Shown here piece by piece: positions 58,352 through 64,000 of a stretch of DNA of 64,000 nucleotides. The position numbers and the translations under genes were made by a program. Source of the stretch: Candidatus Poribacteria bacterium (GTDB lineage Bacteria; Poribacteria; WGA-4E; PCPOR2b); contig OZ220744.1 of NCBI GenBank assembly GCA_965116925.1, forward strand, positions 5,408,001 through 5,472,000, given 5' to 3'. The notes under the pieces were generated by a model. It was not told where the DNA came from. It made no database searches and saw only the letters and a list, made by a program, of their open reading frames with translations. Numbering within the stretch: position 1 is the stretch's first letter; each line of letters opens with the position of its first letter.

Positions 58352-59407
58352 ATGAGCAAATGGACTTTCTTGCCTCTTCTGGTGTTCCTTCCTCTCTGTT
58401 TGAGTTGTGCTGCCCCTACATCACCGGCGGATGGGGGGACCAAAGCAAATCTGAACCTGACCAAGCCGATAACGCCCCCCCAAATTGTCTCCTCCCTCCA
58501 AGATTTGCCCGTACCGCCCATACTCGGTGTGAATCACCTCCGCACAATAGGCGGCTCCGGTCAGGGCGCGGGACAATTCTTGCAACCAGTCGGACTCGAT
58601 CTTGACCATCGGGGAATGCTCTATGTCGCCGATTCAGGAAATAACCGCGTCCAAGTTGTCGATAGCGAAGGCAACTTCGTATCGGAATATGGTGTGCGTG
58701 GCTGGCGAACAGGAGAATTTGATAACCCGACAGATGTTGCTATCAATTTCCAGCGCACCGAGCTTCTCTATGTCGCTGATACAGATAACCACCGAATCCA
58801 ATACTGTAACCTAGTGGACAGAATCTTTTACATCATGGCAGGCAGTAGATTGGGACGTGACGATGAAGATCATGATATGGACGCTGAAATTGAGTTTGAT
58901 CTGCCCGGCGGGGTTAGTGTCGGGCGGAACGGGGAGGTTTGTGTCGTTGATACGGGAAACCACCGGTTTGTCCTATTTAATCCGGATGGCATTCGCATGT
59001 TGGTACGGGGAAGTTTTGGTGGTGCAAGGCAACAGTTTCGTGACCCAACAGACCTTGTCGCAGACCCACACGGGAATATCTACATCGTCGATTCAGGAAA
59101 TCATCGGATCAAGAAATACGACTTTAGCGGTAACCTAGTCCATACGTGGGGCACTGAGGGAGAAACTCCAGGACAATTTCGCGAACCGCGTCACATCGAC
59201 ATTGACCGTTGGGGGTATCTCTATGTGACAGACCGAGGAAATCAACGGATTCAGGTCTTCACAAAGGAAGGGGACGCAGTGATGACATTTGGCGATGAAT
59301 CGCTTGTTGAACCGGGCGGCATTGCGATTTTCAAGAATGACCTGGTCTTCGTAAGCGATGTCGCCGCGAATGATATTAAGATTTTCCAAATTGTCTACCG
59401 TCAATGA
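58352..59407 (+). CDS. NHL-repeat beta-propeller lipoprotein
   Basis: Six G..GQF..P...YV.D.GNHRI repeats; CLSC lipobox. Confidence 0.9.
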   Translation: MSKWTFLPLLVFLPLCLSCAAPTSPADGGTKANLNLTKPITPPQIVSSLQDLPVPPILGVNHLRTIGGSGQGAGQFLQPVGLDLDHRGMLYVADSGNNRVQVVDSEGNFVSEYGVRGWRTGEFDNPTDVAINFQRTELLYVADTDNHRIQYCNLVDRIFYIMAGSRLGRDDEDHDMDAEIEFDLPGGVSVGRNGEVCVVDTGNHRFVLFNPDGIRMLVRGSFGGARQQFRDPTDLVADPHGNIYIVDSGNHRIKKYDFSGNLVHTWGTEGETPGQFREPRHIDIDRWGYLYVTDRGNQRIQVFTKEGDAVMTFGDESLVEPGGIAIFKNDLVFVSDVAANDIKIFQIVYRQ

Positions 59408-59499
59408 TATCAGATGTGAGGTAGCGAAGATGTGTTGCTGCACAAAACTGGAAGAGACTGGTAATCCCCACACAGAGTACAAAATACGAGGAGAACATT

Positions 59500-60477
59500 A
59501 TGCAATTAACCGATGAGCAACTAGCAACTTGGAAACGGGATGGCAGTATAGTTGTGCCTAACGTCTTTCCCCCGGAGAGTTTTGCTCCGGCGTTAGAGGC
59601 GGTCGAGCGCAATGCTTATGGGGGGCTGACTTATACCGAATACCGGACAAAATGGGAGGAAAATCCCACAGAGATTCAACAACTTTACGAACAAACATCA
59701 CCCATGCAACTACTGGCAGGTCCAATGGGGGGAGCTGTCCATTTTCCCACCGGCTTGCCGGCGGTCGATAAGCTGCTAGAAAATGACGACTATATTGATT
59801 GTGCATGTCAGCTATTGGGAACTGACGAGATACGGCTCGGCTATGGGCAAATTTTCTTCCGAGAAGGATTGACTGATACCCGATATAGTGAGAACCCTTG
59901 GGAAGGTTATCATATCGACAACGGCACCAATTCACAACTGCCACCACATCCCGATTGGGAACGGTATAGCTACCTACTTTCTGGAATTATCCTGCACGAT
60001 ATTGATGAAGATGGTGCCCCTATGCTGGTCTGTCGTGGTTCACACAAACAGTTAGCGTCGCTATACGATCGTCACGGGGGGCGCGCCGGTGGAATGGGTC
60101 TGTCAGACCTCCGCGAGTGTGAGGAGCTGGCTGAACCAACCCCGGTTACCGCCAAAGCCGGCAGCGTTGCCTTCCGTTCTAGCTATCTAATTCATGCCGC
60201 CCAACCTTTTGCCAACAAACAGCGGCAGCGCGGGTGGATGGGATTTCACTTCCATCGTGCGGACAACGCCGACTGGTGTCATACCACGCGCCCCGTTCCC
60301 GGCTGGACAACACCTGAGTTTGTGAGTTTCGTAGCCGATACCACACCCCGCGCCCGTCACCTGCTCGGTTGGCCCAATCCGGGCGATCCCTATTACACCG
60401 AAGAAGCACTCCAACGCCTCGCTAACGCCTACCCCGGCATTGATCTAGATCCATATCGAAACGCTATGACGGTGTGA
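59500..60477 (+). CDS. PhyH family dioxygenase
   Basis: LTDEQLATWKRDG, HID, GSH, IHAA. Confidence 0.85.
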   Translation: MQLTDEQLATWKRDGSIVVPNVFPPESFAPALEAVERNAYGGLTYTEYRTKWEENPTEIQQLYEQTSPMQLLAGPMGGAVHFPTGLPAVDKLLENDDYIDCACQLLGTDEIRLGYGQIFFREGLTDTRYSENPWEGYHIDNGTNSQLPPHPDWERYSYLLSGIILHDIDEDGAPMLVCRGSHKQLASLYDRHGGRAGGMGLSDLRECEELAEPTPVTAKAGSVAFRSSYLIHAAQPFANKQRQRGWMGFHFHRADNADWCHTTRPVPGWTTPEFVSFVADTTPRARHLLGWPNPGDPYYTEEALQRLANAYPGIDLDPYRNAMTV

Positions 60478-60584
60478 CAAGACGGTAGCTGGTAAGTTTA
60501 CAGAGGTGGACTATTTCGCGCTGTTGTTATGAATATCATTGTCTATTATGATATATTGCCGATTGAGCAAGAGGAGTAATATAG

Positions 60585-62063
60585 ATGAGAAATCGTTGTG
60601 TTATATTGAGCCTTTTCATTATAGCTTTGGTTGCACTGTTGACCTCGCCCCATGCGACTCACGCAGAAGATAAAGCCACAGAGGCTGACCTAGAAGCATT
60701 GAGTATCAAGTTGAAGGCGGCTATTGCCAGCGGTGAAATGACCGAAGAAGAAGCACTTGCTGAGTACGAAAAAGCCGCTGGAAAGATGAAAGGCGCGAAA
60801 ACCGGGAAGGACAAAGGCAAAGACGAAAAACACTGGAAAGCACCAGTAATAAACGGTCTACCCTGTTTGCCAAACACACCAGATGGGGTAGATCCGACCG
60901 AGGGCGTCTCGTTCGACCCTAACCATGTGGTGTGCATTAAAGTGACAATGGATCCACACGATTTCGAGCGGTTGGCGGAGGAAACCCGTTTTGATGGTGC
61001 TGGAAATGACTTCGATCAAATATGGCCCGATTGTTCGCAACCTTGGCCCTCAGCGTATAATTGGTATCGGGCAGATATTGAGGTCGACGGCGTGAGTCTA
61101 TTAGATGTGGGAATTCGTAAGAAGGGCTTTGTTGGCTCTCAGTACTCGCCGGTGCCCGCTTTGAAAATTAAGACTGACAAATACGTGAAAGGTCAATTCC
61201 TTGGCGACACCGAGCGAATCACGCTCAATAACAATGGCGGCATTTTACCGCGCATGGCGGCTTGTCTGACATACGAAGTCTTCGCCGCGGCTGGGTACCC
61301 TACACCCCGGTGCAACATAGCAAATGTGCTGGTCAATGGTCAGCCAAAAGGGCCCTACGTGCACATTGAAGCCATCAAGAAACGTTTCCTTCGTCGCGCC
61401 TTTGGTGACAACACCGGTTCCCTCTATGAGGGTACACACACCGATTTTGTCGAAGCGTGGTTGCCGCGCTGGGAATGCAAGACCGACGATACCGACACCA
61501 GTTATGCGCCGCTGTTAGGTGTTGCCCAAGCCCTACAAAAACCCGACGATGAGCTTGTCGATGCGCTGTCTTCCGTGCTGAACATCGATCGTTACATCAC
61601 CTTTTGGGCACTTGAGACACTTGTGAACCACCTTGATGGCTACGGTGCTGACCGCAATAATTTCTACGTCTATTTTGATCCGACCGATGCTGGCCGCGCC
61701 GTTTTCATCCCTTGGGGAGCTGACAAGACGTTTCTTGGTGACTTTAATCTAGATGGGTATCTGACCGCCGATCTGCCACGGCGTCTCTCCCGCATACCCG
61801 CCATTGCCACTCGCATGGAAAATGAACTTGAAAGACTGCTCGACGAGGTGTGGGACGCGGCCGCCCTTCTAGAGAGCATTGATCGCTACAGCGCACAAGT
61901 GAAGTCTGCGGAACAGGCTGATGACTACGATACCAAGGTCGAAGCCCTACGTACCTGGGTGAGAAATCGTCCCGATCAGGTACGAGAGATGCTGCGTCTC
62001 GGACTTCCTGTAGGCATGGAAAAATCACTCCCTTGTACAAATGAACGTGTGAGCGGCAAATAA
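60585..62063 (+). CDS. CotH kinase family exported protein
   Basis: VGIRKKG, LKIK, ITLNN, GPY..IE, GSLYE, HLDGY, NNFYVY, FIPWGADKTF. Confidence 0.9.
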   Translation: MRNRCVILSLFIIALVALLTSPHATHAEDKATEADLEALSIKLKAAIASGEMTEEEALAEYEKAAGKMKGAKTGKDKGKDEKHWKAPVINGLPCLPNTPDGVDPTEGVSFDPNHVVCIKVTMDPHDFERLAEETRFDGAGNDFDQIWPDCSQPWPSAYNWYRADIEVDGVSLLDVGIRKKGFVGSQYSPVPALKIKTDKYVKGQFLGDTERITLNNNGGILPRMAACLTYEVFAAAGYPTPRCNIANVLVNGQPKGPYVHIEAIKKRFLRRAFGDNTGSLYEGTHTDFVEAWLPRWECKTDDTDTSYAPLLGVAQALQKPDDELVDALSSVLNIDRYITFWALETLVNHLDGYGADRNNFYVYFDPTDAGRAVFIPWGADKTFLGDFNLDGYLTADLPRRLSRIPAIATRMENELERLLDEVWDAAALLESIDRYSAQVKSAEQADDYDTKVEALRTWVRNRPDQVREMLRLGLPVGMEKSLPCTNERVSGK

Positions 62064-62078
62064 CGATAGCTGGCTATA

Positions 62079-62942
62079 TTAGTGAATATCAATCCCATTT
62101 TCCACAGCGATTTGGCGAACATTCACGTTAGCGAGCGGAATCTTTTCCATCGGCAAATGTTCGATCAGACCGTACCCCTCCGGATATAATCCATCAAATC
62201 TTCTGAGTGCCTGCGCAAGATCTAACTCGCCCTCGCCGGGCATCTCCTCATTAATATGGAGCACCAAGCCGTTTTCGACCTTGATGTCTTTGACGTGCGC
62301 CACGGGGGCGATTGGTCCCATTACATCAAAGATATGGTTCAACCGATCGGTGCTATTATAAACCTGCCGAAGCGTCTGAAAGTGGTTAACAAAATCCATA
62401 ACGATGCGGAGGCTATCCAAACCAACAGTATCAACAACCGCCTTGCATGTTTCGGGCGAGTCCATTATTGAAACGGCATGGGTCTCGACAATAATGGTTA
62501 CTCCTTCCGCATCTGCTTTTTGAGCAATTGGCGTTAGTGTTTCGATCAGACGCTCCATACTTTCAGGAAGGTGGTTATCCCGGTGTGATGTCCATGCTCC
62601 GTCAGGATTCAGGCTGCCGGGACGGATGAGGCAGCTGTGTGCGTTAATCTGCCGCGCAATCTCTACGCCACGATTAATCCTTCTGATAACCGCTTCCCTG
62701 ACAGCCGGATCAGGGTCAAAGAGGCACTCGGTATAAGTAAGAGCGAATTGAACTAGATCTAACTCCTCTCCCGCCATGAATTGATTGTACTTTTCACAGT
62801 CCTCCGTTGTTACATCGAAGACATCGTCGCTGCTGAAATGGAATCCGAATCCTGTGAACTCCAGTCTCCGAATCGCTTCCATCTGTTCCTTTGTAAACGT
62901 GCGAAAATTCCCCGGCAACATGCCGACAATTCCGAGTCTCAT
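62079..62942 (-). CDS. Sugar phosphate isomerase/epimerase (xylose isomerase-like TIM barrel)
   Basis: VETH, MDFVN, AHVKD, PGEGELD, IEH. Confidence 0.85.
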   Translation of the reverse strand: MRLGIVGMLPGNFRTFTKEQMEAIRRLEFTGFGFHFSSDDVFDVTTEDCEKYNQFMAGEELDLVQFALTYTECLFDPDPAVREAVIRRINRGVEIARQINAHSCLIRPGSLNPDGAWTSHRDNHLPESMERLIETLTPIAQKADAEGVTIIVETHAVSIMDSPETCKAVVDTVGLDSLRIVMDFVNHFQTLRQVYNSTDRLNHIFDVMGPIAPVAHVKDIKVENGLVLHINEEMPGEGELDLAQALRRFDGLYPEGYGLIEHLPMEKIPLANVNVRQIAVENGIDIH

Positions 62943-63003
62943 CTAAACCTCCATCTCATTGGTTCACTGGCTGATTGGTTTATTAATGAATTTTTGAACG
63001 AGT

Positions 63004-63031
63004 GTAGGGAACGCAGATCTGCGTTCCCTAC
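63004..63031. repeat. Perfect 28-bp GTAG...CTAC REP-like palindrome
   Basis: GTAGGGAACGCAGA-TCTGCGTTCCCTAC. Confidence 0.8.
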
Positions 63032-63049
63032 TTCTGGTTTTGACATTTT

Positions 63050-63826
63050 TTACAGCGGGGTAGCAAGTTCCTGCGCCAATACCTGAAGGTCGTAACCTTC
63101 CTTGCGGACGCGAAGATCGTAGTAAAGCATTGTCGTTGATATAGCTCTAAATGCATTGATAGGTAGTGCAAGACAGATTGAAAGGAGAGAGAGAAGGGAG
63201 TGAAAACCGGGGAAGCTGCCAATGAGAAATGGAAAACAAAGTACAAGGATAACCACAAAAGCTTCCACGAGTGTCAGCCATACAACAAGAAAAAACGTCT
63301 TGTCAAAAAAACCTTTGACGAGTACGCGACTCCGTTTGAGTGCCCCGAATCCGCCTTCTTTCTCAATTATAACAACTGGAGCAGCCATGCAGAACCAGAC
63401 GTAAACGATAATCCCCGGTATAAAAATCATTATGCCAATGCCGGTAGCAATCGTAGAAAGAATGATTGATCCAAGCAGTGGAAAGAGCGAACCTAAAACC
63501 CGTGAGTACGCTTCTCCAATGTTTATCGATCTCCCCAGCAAGTGCTGCGAAATCACGAATGTTCCGGCCGCTGTCACAACCAAAGATTGGAAGACGGTAA
63601 TCGCTGTATATGGCAATGTAGCCATCAGTAGCTGCGATGCCCTAATCTCAGTATATATGTACGGCTCAGCGTATGCGTACCTCCAAATGGCTTGAAAAGC
63701 TAACCCCCCAACCAGCGTGCCGGGCGCAGCAATTCCAACCAATTTCACAAAGTTCACTCGATAGTGGCGTAGTGCGTTGAGGAAGATCTGCCTAACGCCC
63801 ATCAATTGGAACTGATATGTATCCAC
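63050..63826 (-). CDS. Integral membrane protein, distant paralog of 10993..11901
   Basis: ALKRSRVLVKG, LYYDLRVRKEGYDL. Confidence 0.8.
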   Translation of the reverse strand: MDTYQFQLMGVRQIFLNALRHYRVNFVKLVGIAAPGTLVGGLAFQAIWRYAYAEPYIYTEIRASQLLMATLPYTAITVFQSLVVTAAGTFVISQHLLGRSINIGEAYSRVLGSLFPLLGSIILSTIATGIGIMIFIPGIIVYVWFCMAAPVVIIEKEGGFGALKRSRVLVKGFFDKTFFLVVWLTLVEAFVVILVLCFPFLIGSFPGFHSLLSLLSICLALPINAFRAISTTMLYYDLRVRKEGYDLQVLAQELATPL

Positions 63827-64000
63827 GGTTATCCGACCTCAACTCATTGAGATATGCCTCAAGCTCTTTATCTCGCGGATCCAATTGGTACGACTTTTCT
63901 AGATAATCGACTGCGGTATCATGTTGGCCAATTTTCATGTACAGTGCGCCGAGGTTATAGTAGGGACGAGGGTACGTCGGTTTGATGTCAATCGCTCGCA
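63792..64000 (-). CDS. Tetratricopeptide-repeat protein, C-terminal part (runs off the window)
   Basis: Manual translation RAIDIKPTYPRPYYNLGALYMKIGQHDTAVDYLEKSYQLDP...GR*. Confidence 0.75.
   Translation of the reverse strand, partial: RAIDIKPTYPRPYYNLGALYMKIGQHDTAVDYLEKSYQLDPRDKELEAYLNELRSDNRGYISVPIDGR

Noticed and set aside
1..64000. Numerous 60-200 aa antisense or alternate-frame ORFs in the track
   Set aside because: They shadow well-supported genes; similarity among those in the arrays only mirrors the paralogous sense genes

Overview
Bacterial chromosomal window of roughly 50% GC. The gene repertoire (PhyH dioxygenases, NHL/TPR proteins, CotH kinase, XisH/XisI, membrane-anchored extended ECF sigma factors, many LivJ-type lipoproteins) resembles the sponge symbiont Candidatus Poribacteria; this is an inference. 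The accessory part (1-42 kb) holds: a porin plus BCCT transporter; a rearranged RDD/SpoIIM/DUF58/MoxR/DUF4350/DUF4129 cluster; seven tandem orphan substrate-binding lipoproteins with variable pocket loops, one interrupted by a complete IS630; a DNase I-like lipoprotein; three copies of a ~115-bp MITE; and a triplet of large signalling genes. Two of the triplet encode ECF sigma-TM-8 repeats-thioredoxin fold without CxxC. The middle copy lacks the sigma domain and starts at a Shine-Dalgarno/ATG that is also embedded in-frame in both full-length genes. The core part (42-64 kb) holds six tRNAs with tadA, a large Alu-type SRP RNA, dnaX-ybaB-recR, mnmG/rsmG, a partner-switching module with no adjacent sigma factor, and a degenerate AccD. 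No CRISPR array, rRNA or prophage was seen. All calls were made by eye without database searches.
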